This document shows, in pieces, positions 49,142 to 59,447 of a stretch of 64,000 nt of DNA. Origin of the DNA: Candidatus Woesearchaeota archaeon. GTDB taxonomy: Archaea > Nanobdellota > Nanobdellia > Woesearchaeales > DSVV01. The notes under the pieces are model-generated. The model saw nothing but the letters and a program-made list of their open reading frames with translations, was not told the DNA's origin and made no database searches. Both the position numbers and the translations under genes were made by a program. Every line of letters begins with the position of its first letter. Within the stretch, counting starts at the first letter, position 1. The stretch lies in the NCBI GenBank assembly GCA_018657385.1, contig JABHXF010000023.1:1297-65296 (forward strand). The letters are read 5' to 3'.

Positions 49142-49648
49142 ATGAAATCAGATTTTTCAAAAACATGGGTTGCAAGTAAGCAAACAAGAAAACAAAGGAA
49201 ATATAGATTTAATGCTCCTTTTCATATTAGATCTAAGTTTTTAAACGTTAACTTATCAAAAGATTTAAGGGAAAAATACGGGATTAGAAATATTAGGGTA
49301 AGGAAAGGAGATAAAATCAAAGTTTTACGTGGAAGTCATAGAAAACAGATTGCTAAAGTTGAAAAAATTAGTGTTGCTAATACTAAAGTATTCCTTGAAA
49401 AAATTGAACAAGTTAAGAAAGATGGGAATAAAACATTAAAACCATTTGAACCATCAAATTTACAAATTGTTGATCTTGATGTTTCAGATAAAAAAAGAAT
49501 TAAAAAGTTAAAGACTTCAAAGGACGCTTCAAAAGATGTTCCAAAAAAACTAAAGTCATCTACATCAAAGCCATCTCAAAAAGATGCTGTAGTCGATACT
49601 AAACAAAAAATAACAAAAGGTAATTCCAATGGTAAAAAATCATCTTAA
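49142..49648 (+). CDS. rpl24: 50S ribosomal protein L24
   Basis: SKQTRKQRK...NAPFH, LSKDLREKYG, RVRKGDKIKVLRG; basic tail. Confidence 0.96.
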   Translation: MKSDFSKTWVASKQTRKQRKYRFNAPFHIRSKFLNVNLSKDLREKYGIRNIRVRKGDKIKVLRGSHRKQIAKVEKISVANTKVFLEKIEQVKKDGNKTLKPFEPSNLQIVDLDVSDKKRIKKLKTSKDASKDVPKKLKSSTSKPSQKDAVVDTKQKITKGNSNGKKSS

Positions 49649-50327
49649 AAGATTAAATGTCCCAACTTCATGGGTAATTAAGAAAAAATCAAATGTTTTC
49701 ATAACTAGGCCTAAGCCTTGTGGTCATGTTACTGATCATTGTATGCCTATTAATGTCATTTTAAGAGACATGTTAAAAATTGGTAAGACAACAAAGGAAA
49801 TTAAACACATTTTGTTTAATAATGATGTTTTAGTTAATGGGAAGAAAAGGGATGATGTTAAATTTGCTATGGGTTTTATGGATGTCCTCGATATTAAAAT
49901 ATTAAATGAGGCATATCGTTTAATAATAAATCATAAAAACAAATTAGTTACTATCAAAGTTGATGAAAAAGAAAAAAATATTTTATTATTAAAAGTAAAA
50001 AATAAAACCTTGCTTAAAGGTGGTAAATTACAAGTTAATTTTACTGATGGTAGTAACCTATTGGTTGAAAAAGATGAATTCAAAGTTAATGATGTTGTTG
50101 TATTTGATTTTGTAAAGAAAAAAGTTCAACAAATTTTAAAATTAGAAAAAGGATGTTTGATTTACATTGTTGGTGGAAGGTATGTTGGAGGAGTTGTTAA
50201 ACTTGAAAGCATTAAAGATAATGAAATTGTATTCAGAACAGACGACAACGAAGTATTTACAACATCATTAAGATATGCATTTGTTGTTGGAAAAGACAAA
50301 CCAGTAATTAATTTAAATCAAGAATAA
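49629..50327 (+). CDS. rps4e: 30S ribosomal protein S4e
   Basis: HLKRLNVPTSW, FAMGFMDV, YAFVVG. Confidence 0.96.
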   Translation: MVKNHLKRLNVPTSWVIKKKSNVFITRPKPCGHVTDHCMPINVILRDMLKIGKTTKEIKHILFNNDVLVNGKKRDDVKFAMGFMDVLDIKILNEAYRLIINHKNKLVTIKVDEKEKNILLLKVKNKTLLKGGKLQVNFTDGSNLLVEKDEFKVNDVVVFDFVKKKVQQILKLEKGCLIYIVGGRYVGGVVKLESIKDNEIVFRTDDNEVFTTSLRYAFVVGKDKPVINLNQE

Positions 50328-50369
50328 AAAATCAATGTAATAAATAATAATTAGGTAATCATAAGGAAA

Positions 50370-50882
50370 ATGAACGTAAATAAACAAATTCAAATTGAAA
50401 AAATCACCTTAAACTTTGGTGCAGGTAAAGATCAATCTATGTTAGAAAAGGGTATGAAGTTAATTGAATATATTACTGGTATTAAACCAATTAAGACTAA
50501 AGCAACAAAGAGAATTCCAGGTTGGGGTTTAAGACCAGGTCTACCTATTGGATGTAAACTTACAATTAGGGATAAAACCAAAGCAGATTATGTTAAAAGA
50601 TTCCTTAAAGCTAAAGCAGATATTTTGAAGCAAAGTAATTTTGATCAACACGGTAATATTGCTTTTGGTGTACACGAGTATATTGATATTGATGGTGTTG
50701 AATATAATCCTGATTTAGGATTAATTGGATTACAAATCTGTATTACTTTGAAAAGAAATGGTTATAGAATTAAGAAAAGAAAAATAATGAAACGTTCTAT
50801 TCCAAAAACTCATCAAATTACTCAGGAAGAATCAATAGAATTCATGAAAAAAGAATTCAATGTTAAAGTGGAGGAAAAATAA
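50370..50882 (+). CDS. rpl5: 50S ribosomal protein L5
   Basis: [37 protein letters not shown]. Confidence 0.97.
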   Translation: MNVNKQIQIEKITLNFGAGKDQSMLEKGMKLIEYITGIKPIKTKATKRIPGWGLRPGLPIGCKLTIRDKTKADYVKRFLKAKADILKQSNFDQHGNIAFGVHEYIDIDGVEYNPDLGLIGLQICITLKRNGYRIKKRKIMKRSIPKTHQITQEESIEFMKKEFNVKVEEK

Positions 50883-50883
50883 A

Positions 50884-51114
50884 TTGACATATAGCCATTT
50901 TAAAAAACCATTGAAACAACTTAAGGTTAAACCGCCTAAGTTAAAGAAATATTTAAAACATAATACTCCTAAACAAAGAAAAACAGGTAAAGCAAAGAAA
51001 AGATGTAGACGTTGTTTAAGAATAGGTGGTCATATTGATAAATATGGTTTAAACTTATGTAGACAATGTTTCAGACAAATCGCAACAAAAATTGGCTTTA
51101 AGAAGTATAATTAA
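50884..51114 (+). CDS. rps14: 30S ribosomal protein S14 (zinc type) with N-terminal extension
   Basis: CRRC...[11 protein letters not shown]...GFKKY; TTG 50884 after GGAGG is the likely start. Confidence 0.93.
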   Translation: MTYSHFKKPLKQLKVKPPKLKKYLKHNTPKQRKTGKAKKRCRRCLRIGGHIDKYGLNLCRQCFRQIATKIGFKKYN

Positions 51115-51126
51115 AGGTGAAGTTAA

Positions 51127-51519
51127 ATGGTATTAAATGATGTATTAGCAAATGTTTACTCACATTTACTTAATTGTGAGAAGCTTGGAAGAAAGCTTTG
51201 TATAATTAAACCTAGCTCCAAAATGGTTAAGGCTAATTTAAATATCTTAAAACAAGAAGGATATATTGGTGAGTTTAAAGAAGTTGAAGATAATAAAGGA
51301 AATTTTATAGAAATAAATTTAATTAGTACACTTAACAAATGTGGTGTTATTAAACCACGTTATTCAATTAAAAAAGAAGATTTTGATAAATTCGAAAAAA
51401 GATATTTACCTTCAAGAAATATGGGTATCTTAATTGTATCAACCTCACAGGGATTAATGATCCATAGACAAGCTAAAGAAAAAGCATTAGGTGGTAGATT
51501 AATTGCTTATTGCTATTAA
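51127..51519 (+). CDS. rps8: 30S ribosomal protein S8
   Basis: DVLAN, KPSSK, GYIGEF, NKCGVIKPR, GGRLIAYCY. Confidence 0.97.
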   Translation: MVLNDVLANVYSHLLNCEKLGRKLCIIKPSSKMVKANLNILKQEGYIGEFKEVEDNKGNFIEINLISTLNKCGVIKPRYSIKKEDFDKFEKRYLPSRNMGILIVSTSQGLMIHRQAKEKALGGRLIAYCY

Positions 51520-51551
51520 TTAGAATTAAAAAAACAAAAAACAAAATAAAA

Positions 51552-52094
51552 ATGAAAGTTAAAAATTATGTTGAGGAAATTAACATTCCAGAGGGAGTTG
51601 AAGCTCAATTAGATGGCTCTATCTTAATGGTTAAAGGTAAGAAAGGAGAGTTAAAGAGAGATTTTTTCGATCCTAGAATTAAAATTCAAATAAAAGATAA
51701 TAATGTTTTATTTGATGTTAAAGTATTAACTAAAAGAGAGAAAATGTTGCTTGGAACTTATGTTGCACACCTTAATAATTTATTTAGGGGTGTAAAGGAA
51801 GGGTTTGTTTATAAATTAAAAATTTGTTCAGGTCACTTTCCAATGAATGTTAGTATAAAAAATGATGAATTTATAATTAAAAACTTTATCGGTGAAAAAG
51901 TTCCTAGGGTATTAAAGATTAATTCAGATGTTAAAGTTAACATAGATGGTGAAGTTATAACCATAGAATCAAATAATATTGAACTAGCTGGTCAAACTGC
52001 AGGTTCAATTGAGAAATTAAGTTCAAGAACTGGATTTGATAAAAGAATATTTCAACAGGGTATATTTATTATTGAAAAGCCTAAAAGGGCATAA
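51552..52094 (+). CDS. rpl6: 50S ribosomal protein L6
   Basis: IPEGV, VKGKKGEL, HFPMNV, NFIGEK, DKRIFQQGIFI; ATG 51552. Confidence 0.96.
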   Translation: MKVKNYVEEINIPEGVEAQLDGSILMVKGKKGELKRDFFDPRIKIQIKDNNVLFDVKVLTKREKMLLGTYVAHLNNLFRGVKEGFVYKLKICSGHFPMNVSIKNDEFIIKNFIGEKVPRVLKINSDVKVNIDGEVITIESNNIELAGQTAGSIEKLSSRTGFDKRIFQQGIFIIEKPKRA

Positions 52095-52105
52095 AAGGTA
52101 TTAAC

Positions 52106-52720
52106 ATGGAATCAGAAAAATTAAAAAGTATGTTGGAAATGAGAGCAAAGCTGAAGAAAAGAAAACCTAACTTTGTTAGACAAGATATTTTAATCAAACG
52201 TCTAAAAAGAAAATGGGTTAAACCTAGGGGTCTTCATAGTAAATTAAGGCTTTGTAAAAAAGGTAATGCTAAATCAGTTAGTAAAGGATATAAGTCACCT
52301 GCTTTAGTTAAAAACATGTTAAAAAATGGTTTAACACCTATTTATGTTTCTAACCTTGGTGATTTAGAAAATTTTGATAATAAGACACAAACTGCTGTTA
52401 TTAACGCAAAAGTTGGTTTGAGAAAGAAATTAACAATCGTAAAAAAAGCAATTGAAATGAATATTAAAATTGCTAATCTTAAAGATCCTGCAAAATTAAT
52501 TAAAGATAAGGAAGATGAACTTATGAGTAATAAAAAATTAAAACAAGAAAAACAAAAAGAAAAGCAGGAAAAGAAAAAGAAGCTTGAAGATAAAACAAAG
52601 AAAGAAGAAAAGTCAATTGATAAACTTGCTCAAGAAGGAGAAAAAACAGAAGAAGAAAAGAAGCAAGAAGAAAAAAAGAAACAAGATAAGGTCTTAATAA
52701 GTAAAGACGAAGGTTACTAA
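52106..52720 (+). CDS. rpl32e: 50S ribosomal protein L32e with K/E-rich tail
   Basis: KPNFVRQ, WVKPRGLHSKLR, GYKSP. Confidence 0.94.
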   Translation: MESEKLKSMLEMRAKLKKRKPNFVRQDILIKRLKRKWVKPRGLHSKLRLCKKGNAKSVSKGYKSPALVKNMLKNGLTPIYVSNLGDLENFDNKTQTAVINAKVGLRKKLTIVKKAIEMNIKIANLKDPAKLIKDKEDELMSNKKLKQEKQKEKQEKKKKLEDKTKKEEKSIDKLAQEGEKTEEEKKQEEKKKQDKVLISKDEGY

Positions 52721-52721
52721 A

Positions 52722-53180
52722 ATGAAATTAGTTGTTCAAAAAAGAATTGCAGCAGACATTATGAAATGCTCTGGGAAAAGAGTTAAATTAGATCCAGATA
52801 GACTTAGTGATGTAAAGGAAGCAATTACAAAAGCTGATATTCGTTCATTAATTAAAGAAGGTGCAGTTAAAAAGCAACAGAAAAAAGGTGTTTCAAGGGT
52901 TAGAGCAAAGAAAAGACAAATTCAACGTTCAAAAGGTAGACAAAGGGGAACAGGAAAAAGAAAGGGAACAGCTAAAGCAAGAGCACCAAAAAAAGAAGTG
53001 TGGATGAGAAAGATCAGGCTTCAAAGAACATTCCTTAAGGAATTAAAAGAAAAAACTTTACTTACAACTCAAGTTTACAGAATATTATATTTAAAAGCAA
53101 AAGGTGGTTTTTTTAGAAGTAGAAACCATTTGAAAAATTATATTGATGAACATAAATTATTTGTATCAAAGAAAAAGTGA
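52722..53180 (+). CDS. rpl19e: 50S ribosomal protein L19e
   Basis: QKRIAADIM, AITKADIRSLI, WMRKIR, YLKAKGG. Confidence 0.97.
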   Translation: MKLVVQKRIAADIMKCSGKRVKLDPDRLSDVKEAITKADIRSLIKEGAVKKQQKKGVSRVRAKKRQIQRSKGRQRGTGKRKGTAKARAPKKEVWMRKIRLQRTFLKELKEKTLLTTQVYRILYLKAKGGFFRSRNHLKNYIDEHKLFVSKKK

Positions 53181-53185
53181 ATAAC

Positions 53186-53716
53186 ATGAAAAAACGAATT
53201 ATTGTACAATATAGAAGGAAAACAGAAGGAAGAACTGATTACTATAGAAGATTGTCTCTTTTAAAATCAGGAAAACCAAGGTTAGTAATTAGAAAAACCT
53301 TAAAAAACATCATTATTCAATTAGTTGAATATGTTCCTAATGGTGACAAAATAATTGTTGCATACAATACTAAGTCATTAACTAAATTAGGTTGGAAACA
53401 CTCTAATAAAAACATATCTGCTGCTTATCTTGGTGGATTAATGATTGGTAAACTTGCTTTGGGGAAAAAAACTAATGAAGCTATTTTAGATCTTGGTTTA
53501 CAACCAAGCATTAAAGGTTCAAAAATTTATGCAGTTATTAAAGGAGCAATTGATGCTGGATTAAATGTTCCATGTGATGAAAAAATGTTTCCTAGTGAAG
53601 AAAGAACTGCTGGTAAACATATTGTTGATTATCATACAAAATTAAAAAAGCAAAATGTAGAAAATTTATCAAAAGATTTCATATCAATTAAAGAAAAAAT
53701 AATTAAAGGTAATTAG
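53186..53716 (+). CDS. rpl18: 50S ribosomal protein L18
   Basis: RRKTEGRTDYYRRLSLL, RLVIRKT, AAYLGG, GAIDAGL. Confidence 0.96.
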   Translation: MKKRIIVQYRRKTEGRTDYYRRLSLLKSGKPRLVIRKTLKNIIIQLVEYVPNGDKIIVAYNTKSLTKLGWKHSNKNISAAYLGGLMIGKLALGKKTNEAILDLGLQPSIKGSKIYAVIKGAIDAGLNVPCDEKMFPSEERTAGKHIVDYHTKLKKQNVENLSKDFISIKEKIIKGN

Positions 53717-53717
53717 T

Positions 53718-54728
53718 ATGACAAAAAAACAAGTGCAAGAAAAAACTGAAACAAATGCAAAAGAAACTCCTACTGAAAAGCCTATTGTTAAAGCTGTAGA
53801 GGAAACTAAGACAGAGGCTCCTAAAATAGAAGCCCCTAAGGAAGAGAGAGATAATGTTCCTATTTCAAAACCTGATAATAAAGGAAGACCCCAACAAGGT
53901 AGAAGAGATAGAAACGCAAGAGCTGTATTTGATAAAGAAGCATGGAAACCTAAGACTTCATTAGGTTTGAAAGTAAAGGATGGCGAAATTACTGATATTG
54001 ATTATATTTTAGATAATGGGTATAGGATTTTAGAACCTGAAATTGTAGATGTATTATTAAAAAAAAGTGAAACTGATTTATTGCTAATTGGTCAATCCAA
54101 GGGTAAATTTGGTGGTGGTCAAAGGCGTGTATTTAGACAAACACAAAAGAAAACAATGGAAGGTAATAAACCAAAGTTTGCAACATTAGCAGTTATTGGG
54201 AATCATGATGGTTATTTTGGTGTTGGTTTTGGTAAAGCTAAAGAAACAGTTCCAGCAAGAGAAAAAGCATTTAGAAAATCAAAACTTAATATTAGAAAAA
54301 TATCTCGTGGATGTGGTTCATGGGAATGTAATTGTGGAAATCCTCATTCAATTCCTTTTAAAATTCATGGTAAATGTGGTTCAGTAGAATTAACTTTAAT
54401 GCCAGCTCCAATTGGTACTGGTTTATGTGTAGAAAAAGAATGTGCTAAAATTTTGGCATTAGCTGGAATTAAAGATGTTTGGTCAAGAACTAAGGGTAAA
54501 ACAAAAACCAAATTAAACTTAATCAAAGCTTGTATAGAAGCATTAGATAGTTTAATTAAAACAAGATTAACTTCAGCACAGAAAAAAGAAATGTGTGTTG
54601 TTGAAGGTAAAATTACTGTTCAAGCTCAAGATGAAGCTGAATTTATTGATTCAATGGATGTAGAAGATTCAGAAAAATTAAAACAACCAGAAGAATCAAA
54701 ACAATCAGAAAAAAAGTCTGAAAAATAA
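53718..54728 (+). CDS. rps5: 30S ribosomal protein S5 with terminal extensions
   Basis: [39 protein letters not shown]. Confidence 0.96.
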   Translation: MTKKQVQEKTETNAKETPTEKPIVKAVEETKTEAPKIEAPKEERDNVPISKPDNKGRPQQGRRDRNARAVFDKEAWKPKTSLGLKVKDGEITDIDYILDNGYRILEPEIVDVLLKKSETDLLLIGQSKGKFGGGQRRVFRQTQKKTMEGNKPKFATLAVIGNHDGYFGVGFGKAKETVPAREKAFRKSKLNIRKISRGCGSWECNCGNPHSIPFKIHGKCGSVELTLMPAPIGTGLCVEKECAKILALAGIKDVWSRTKGKTKTKLNLIKACIEALDSLIKTRLTSAQKKEMCVVEGKITVQAQDEAEFIDSMDVEDSEKLKQPEESKQSEKKSEK

Positions 54729-54757
54729 ATAATCTTAAAATAATAAAGCTGATAAAA

Positions 54758-55213
54758 ATGGAAGAAAAACAAGTTAATCAAACTGAAAAACAAGAAATCA
54801 AGAAACAAAAACCACAATCTACAAAAGATTCTAAAGAGGTTTTATTAGCTGTAATTAGAATAAGGGGTTGTATTGGTATAACTGGTAGTACTCGTGATAC
54901 TCTTGAAATGTTAAAACTTCATAGAAAAAACTTTTGTGTGATCCTTAAATCAACACCTTCATTAGTTGGTATGATTAAAAAAGCAAAAGATTATATCACA
55001 TGGGGAGAGATTGATGAATCATTGTTAAAAGAGTTAATTGAAAAACGTGGTGAACCTAATCCTAAGGACAAATCAAGAACAAAATCATATTTTAGGTTAC
55101 ATCCACCAAGAAAAGGATATGGTAGGAAAGGAATTAAAAAAACATTTACTGTTGGTGGAGGCCTTGGTTATAGGGGCGATAAAATTAATGATTTAATTAA
55201 GAGGATGCTTTAG
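54758..55213 (+). CDS. rpl30: 50S ribosomal protein L30
   Basis: [32 protein letters not shown]. Confidence 0.96.
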   Translation: MEEKQVNQTEKQEIKKQKPQSTKDSKEVLLAVIRIRGCIGITGSTRDTLEMLKLHRKNFCVILKSTPSLVGMIKKAKDYITWGEIDESLLKELIEKRGEPNPKDKSRTKSYFRLHPPRKGYGRKGIKKTFTVGGGLGYRGDKINDLIKRML

Positions 55214-55269
55214 AAGATTCAGATAACTAATCTGATTTAAATATTAAATATTCAAATAAGTGATTTAAA

Positions 55270-55875
55270 ATGTTAAGAAAAAGAAAAAAAAACACAAGAT
55301 TTAGGGCAAAAACCACTCATGGTTATGGTTCTATGAAGAAGAATCGAGGTAAAGGTCATAAAGGAGGTAGTGGTATGGCTGGTACAGGTAAAAGGGCAGA
55401 TACTAAAAAACCATCTGTATGGGGTAAGAAGTATTTTGGCAATGGTGGCTTTGTAGCTCATAATAGTAGACCTGTTGTTGCAGTTAACATATCTCATATT
55501 GAAGATAAATATCTTAATTTAGTTGAAAAAAGTATAATTACTGAGGAAAATAATGTTTCAGTTGTTGATTTTTCAAAATTAGGTGTTGATAAATTATTAG
55601 GTACTGGTAATCCTACAAGAAAATATAAAATTCTGGTTAATATTGCAAGTAAAAAAGCAATTGAAAAAATTGAAAAAGCTGGTGGAGAAGTAGTTATTAA
55701 AGTAGTTGAGAAAAAGCAAGAACCACAAGAAAAACAGGAAAAACAAAAAAAACAGAAAAAACAAGTGAAGCAAGAGAAACAAGGAAAAGAAGAACAGAAA
55801 AAAGAAAATACACAAGAACCACAAAAAAACAAAGGGGAACAAAAAAGCCCTAAAGAACCAGAAACTAAAGAATAA
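55270..55875 (+). CDS. rpl15: 50S ribosomal protein L15 with Q/K/E-rich tail
   Basis: THGYG, GHKGGSGMAG, KLLGTG, AIEKIEKAGG. Confidence 0.96.
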   Translation: MLRKRKKNTRFRAKTTHGYGSMKKNRGKGHKGGSGMAGTGKRADTKKPSVWGKKYFGNGGFVAHNSRPVVAVNISHIEDKYLNLVEKSIITEENNVSVVDFSKLGVDKLLGTGNPTRKYKILVNIASKKAIEKIEKAGGEVVIKVVEKKQEPQEKQEKQKKQKKQVKQEKQGKEEQKKENTQEPQKNKGEQKSPKEPETKE

Positions 55876-55948
55876 TTACAATAAAATCTTAAAAAAGCCT
55901 TGAAAAATAGGAAAAACATAAAAACCAGTAATTTATGAGGAACTATAC

Positions 55949-57373
55949 ATGGCATGGTATCATCCAATCATTTTTAATCTTCCAGAAGTTGCAGGTCCAA
56001 CTCAAAAGAAATTAGCATTTAAAGAAAAACTTAAATGGACAGGCATTATTTTAGTTCTATTCTTTATTCTTGGTATTGTTCCTTTATTTGGTCTTGGTGA
56101 AAATGCTTTAGCAAGATTTGAATTTTTATCTGTTATCTTGGGAGCAAGTTTTGGTTCAATTATTTCATTAGGTATTGGGCCAATAGTAACATCATCTATC
56201 GTATTACAATTATTAAATGGTTCAGGAATTGTTAAATTTGATTTAACATCTCCAGATGGTAAAAGATCATTCCAAGGTATTAATAAATTATTAGCAATCT
56301 TTTTTATTGTGTTTGAAGCAGCAATATATGTTTTCATGGGTGGGTTAGCACCAGCAGCTGCATTTAAAGGCACATCTTTATATTTTTCACTTGAATTATT
56401 ATTAGTATTACAATTAATATTAGGTGGTTTACTTATATTACTAATGGATGAGATTGTTAGTAAATGGGGATTTGGTTCAGGTATCTCATTATTTATTGCA
56501 GCAGGTGTTTCAAAATCTATTTTTATTCAAGCTTTTAGTTGGGTAAAAAATACTGAATCTATTGGTGATATCACATATTCAACAGGTAAAATCCCACAAT
56601 TATTTCAATCATTGGGTGCTGGTGATCCTCAAACAGCTTTTTTAGCAATAGCAGCTATTACTGCAACTATTTTTGTGTTTGTTATTGCTGTTTATGTTCA
56701 AGCTATGAAAATTGAAATTCCTTTATCTTTTGGAAGAATTAGGGGTCATGGTATTAGGTGGCCTTTAAGTTTTACTTATGCAAATGTTATTCCTGTTATT
56801 TTAGTTTCTGCTTTACTTGCTAATATGCAATTATGGGCAAAATTATTACAAAATTGGGGTTTCCCTCTTTTAGGGGTAGTTAATGAACAAGGTGTTGCTG
56901 TTTCAGGCATAGTTTCTTGGTTATATAACCCTGGTGGTAGTCAAGGTTTAATTGGGATGATTATTCAACAAGGTGGTTTTGCTATTGGGCTTAGGCCTTA
57001 TTTGCAAGCTTTAATTTATTTACTAATTATGGTTGCTGGTTGTATGTTATTTAGTTATTTTTGGGTTCAAACATCTGGAATGGATGCAAGGTCCCAGGCA
57101 AAGCAAATGATTGGTTCAGGCTTAACAATTCCAGGTTTTAGAAGAGATGAAAGAATACTTGAAAGATTATTAACCAGATATATTGGTCCTTTAACAATCA
57201 TGGGTGGTGCAACTATTGGTTTTTTAGCAGGCTCTGCTGATATTTTAGGTGCACTTGGATCAGGAACAGGTATAATGCTTACAGTTATGATTATTTATAG
57301 GTTATATGAAGAAATTGCAAAGGAACACATGATGGATATGCACCCAGCATTAAGAAAGATGATGGGTGGATAA
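55949..57373 (+). CDS. secY: Protein translocase subunit SecY
   Basis: KLKWTG, LGIGPIVTSSIVLQLL, SKWGFGSGISLFI, IPGFRRD, GSGTGI. Confidence 0.97.
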   Translation: MAWYHPIIFNLPEVAGPTQKKLAFKEKLKWTGIILVLFFILGIVPLFGLGENALARFEFLSVILGASFGSIISLGIGPIVTSSIVLQLLNGSGIVKFDLTSPDGKRSFQGINKLLAIFFIVFEAAIYVFMGGLAPAAAFKGTSLYFSLELLLVLQLILGGLLILLMDEIVSKWGFGSGISLFIAAGVSKSIFIQAFSWVKNTESIGDITYSTGKIPQLFQSLGAGDPQTAFLAIAAITATIFVFVIAVYVQAMKIEIPLSFGRIRGHGIRWPLSFTYANVIPVILVSALLANMQLWAKLLQNWGFPLLGVVNEQGVAVSGIVSWLYNPGGSQGLIGMIIQQGGFAIGLRPYLQALIYLLIMVAGCMLFSYFWVQTSGMDARSQAKQMIGSGLTIPGFRRDERILERLLTRYIGPLTIMGGATIGFLAGSADILGALGSGTGIMLTVMIIYRLYEEIAKEHMMDMHPALRKMMGG

Positions 57374-57467
57374 ATAACTTATTTATATTTCCTATTTATC
57401 ATAATTAATAATTAACTTTAAGAATTTAATTATAAGAATTTTATAATAAGAGAGGTAAAATAAAAAG

Positions 57468-58334
57468 ATGGTGTTTGAATCAATAAGTCTAGTATTTCAA
57501 TCAATATTAAATCCTATTTTTTCTCCATTACTTAGAATGCCTTTCTTGTTATCAATTATTTTAATTTCTTTTTTGATATCATTACTTATTGTTCTAGTAT
57601 ACAAAAAATTTACTAATCAAAGTTTAATGAAGGAATTAAAAGAAGAAATAAAAGAATTACAAAAACAGATGAAAGATTTAAGAGATAAACCTCAAGAAAT
57701 GATGAAGATTCAGAAGCGAGCAATGGAAACTAATATGAAATATATGATGCATTCTTTAAAACCAACATTATATACTTTTATTCCAATTATTATCATTTTT
57801 GGTTGGCTTAACACTCATATGGCTTATTATCCCTTAGTTGAGGATCAAGAATTTAGTGTTTTATTGGAATTTGTTGAAGAGGCAAAAGGTAATATTGAAT
57901 TTATAGAAACACAAGATATGGAATTATTAAATGATCCAAGTCAGACAATATTAGAAAATCAAGTGAAATTTGTATTAAAAGGAAAAGTAGGAGAATATAC
58001 TCTCAATTTTAAATATCTCCCTGAAATTGTAAGCAATAATGAAACAGATAATGATGAAAGGGGAATTAATGAAACAAAAAATAATGAATTATTTTCTAAA
58101 GATATCATTATTATAGAATCTGATGGTGATCGTGTTTACAAAAGACCAATGGAAGTATTTAGAAAGCAATCTTTAAGGAGAATAACTGTAAGTAATCAAA
58201 AGATACTTGCTTTTGAAGGTATTCCAGTTCTTCAAGATATTCCTTGGGTAGGTGGCTTTGGTTGGCTTGGCAGCTATATCTTATTTTCTTTAGTATTTAG
58301 TTTAGGATTAAGAAGAATAATGAAAATTTATTAA
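57468..58334 (+). CDS. DUF106/EMC3/TMCO1 (Oxa1 superfamily) membrane protein
   Basis: TM1, coiled coil, MMHSLKPTLYTFIPIIIIFGWL, final GWLGSYILFS helix; conserved position after secY. Confidence 0.88.
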   Translation: MVFESISLVFQSILNPIFSPLLRMPFLLSIILISFLISLLIVLVYKKFTNQSLMKELKEEIKELQKQMKDLRDKPQEMMKIQKRAMETNMKYMMHSLKPTLYTFIPIIIIFGWLNTHMAYYPLVEDQEFSVLLEFVEEAKGNIEFIETQDMELLNDPSQTILENQVKFVLKGKVGEYTLNFKYLPEIVSNNETDNDERGINETKNNELFSKDIIIIESDGDRVYKRPMEVFRKQSLRRITVSNQKILAFEGIPVLQDIPWVGGFGWLGSYILFSLVFSLGLRRIMKIY

Positions 58335-58443
58335 TTCTTTTTTTATTTTAATTATTCTCAATTAAGACACTTATTAATCTTATTAAATCTATACTAAAAC
58401 ACACCAAAACCTTTATAAACCCCTGGTTAATTCTAATAGTAAA

Positions 58444-58713
58444 ATGGTCTCTCCAAAACATAGGTCTGGGTCAAAAAGAAAGGTTTTTGTCAAAACACCA
58501 GGTGGCAAAACTACAACCCATTATAGAAAAAGAAAGCCTTCAAGTGCTAAATGTGGTAGTTGTGGCGCTGTTTTAAAAGGTGTTCCAAGAGAATTACCTA
58601 GTAAAATGAAGAATTTACCTAAGACTGCTAAACGTCCACAAAGACCTTTTGGTGGAGTTTTATGTACAAAGTGTATGAGGAGCAAATTTAAGACTGTTGC
58701 AAGGGCAAAATAA
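58444..58713 (+). CDS. rpl34e: 50S ribosomal protein L34e
   Basis: KTPGG, CGSCG..LKGVP, RPQRPFGGVLCTKC. Confidence 0.97.
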   Translation: MVSPKHRSGSKRKVFVKTPGGKTTTHYRKRKPSSAKCGSCGAVLKGVPRELPSKMKNLPKTAKRPQRPFGGVLCTKCMRSKFKTVARAK

Positions 58714-58857
58714 TTATATTAATAATTGTGTAGCAAATTAGCATAATTAATGCTACAAAAAGACAATTGTTATCTCTTTTGTTTGTAGGTAACTATAAAT
58801 GTTATTTTAAGCTTTATTTGATGATAAAAAGCTTAGAAGAGATGGTAGGTGAAAAAA

Positions 58858-59379
58858 ATGTTTGAAATAGGAAGATTATGTATGAAATTAGCTGGTAGAG
58901 ATGCTGGTAAAAAATGTGTTGTTGTTGATGTTCTAGATGATAATTATGTATTAATTGATGGTCAAACCAGAAGAAAAAAGTGTAATTTAAAGCATTTGGA
59001 ACCATTAAATATTGTATTAAAATTAGATAAAAATGCATCAAATAAGGTAGTTATAGATGCACTTAAAGAAGAAAATATTGATTGTTTAGAAAAGAAAGAA
59101 AAAGAAAAGAAAGCTGTTACTACAAGACCTAAAAAACAGAAAGTTGTTAAGAATAAAGGACCAAAAACAAAAAAAGCAGATAAGAAATCAAAGGCAAAAT
59201 ATTCAAAAACTGCTAAATCTACAACTGTTGATAAACCAGCAACTGATGCAAAGAAACCTGAAGTAAAAAAGGTCGAAGCAAAGAAACCTGAAGTAGAAAA
59301 GGTTGAAGTAAAGAAACCTGAAGTAGAAAAGATTGAAGCAAAGAAACCTGAAGTAGAAAAGGTTGAAGCAAAAAAATAA
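58858..59379 (+). CDS. rpl14e: 50S ribosomal protein L14e with repetitive tail
   Basis: EIGRLCMKLAGRDAGKKCVVVD, NLKHLEP; ATG 58858 follows GGTGA. Confidence 0.95.
   Translation: MFEIGRLCMKLAGRDAGKKCVVVDVLDDNYVLIDGQTRRKKCNLKHLEPLNIVLKLDKNASNKVVIDALKEENIDCLEKKEKEKKAVTTRPKKQKVVKNKGPKTKKADKKSKAKYSKTAKSTTVDKPATDAKKPEVKKVEAKKPEVEKVEVKKPEVEKIEAKKPEVEKVEAKK
59251..59370 (+). repeat. Four 30-bp tandem repeats (KKPEVEKVEA) in the L14e tail
   Basis: aagaaacctgaagta.aaaa.... units at 59251, 59281, 59311 and 59341. Confidence 0.92.
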
Positions 59380-59447
59380 ACTTAAATTAACTCAAATTTA
59401 CTTCAAAAACAAAATCATTATATACTTCTTTTTATTTATTCTTATAT

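Noticed and set aside
55219..55235. Hairpin TCAGAT/ATCTGA between rpl30 and rpl15 containing CTGA
   Set aside because: No matching C box or K-turn geometry; a short stem is expected by chance
59251..59370. 30-bp repeats as a possible CRISPR array
   Set aside because: Contiguous, in frame within rpl14e, with no spacers and no cas genes
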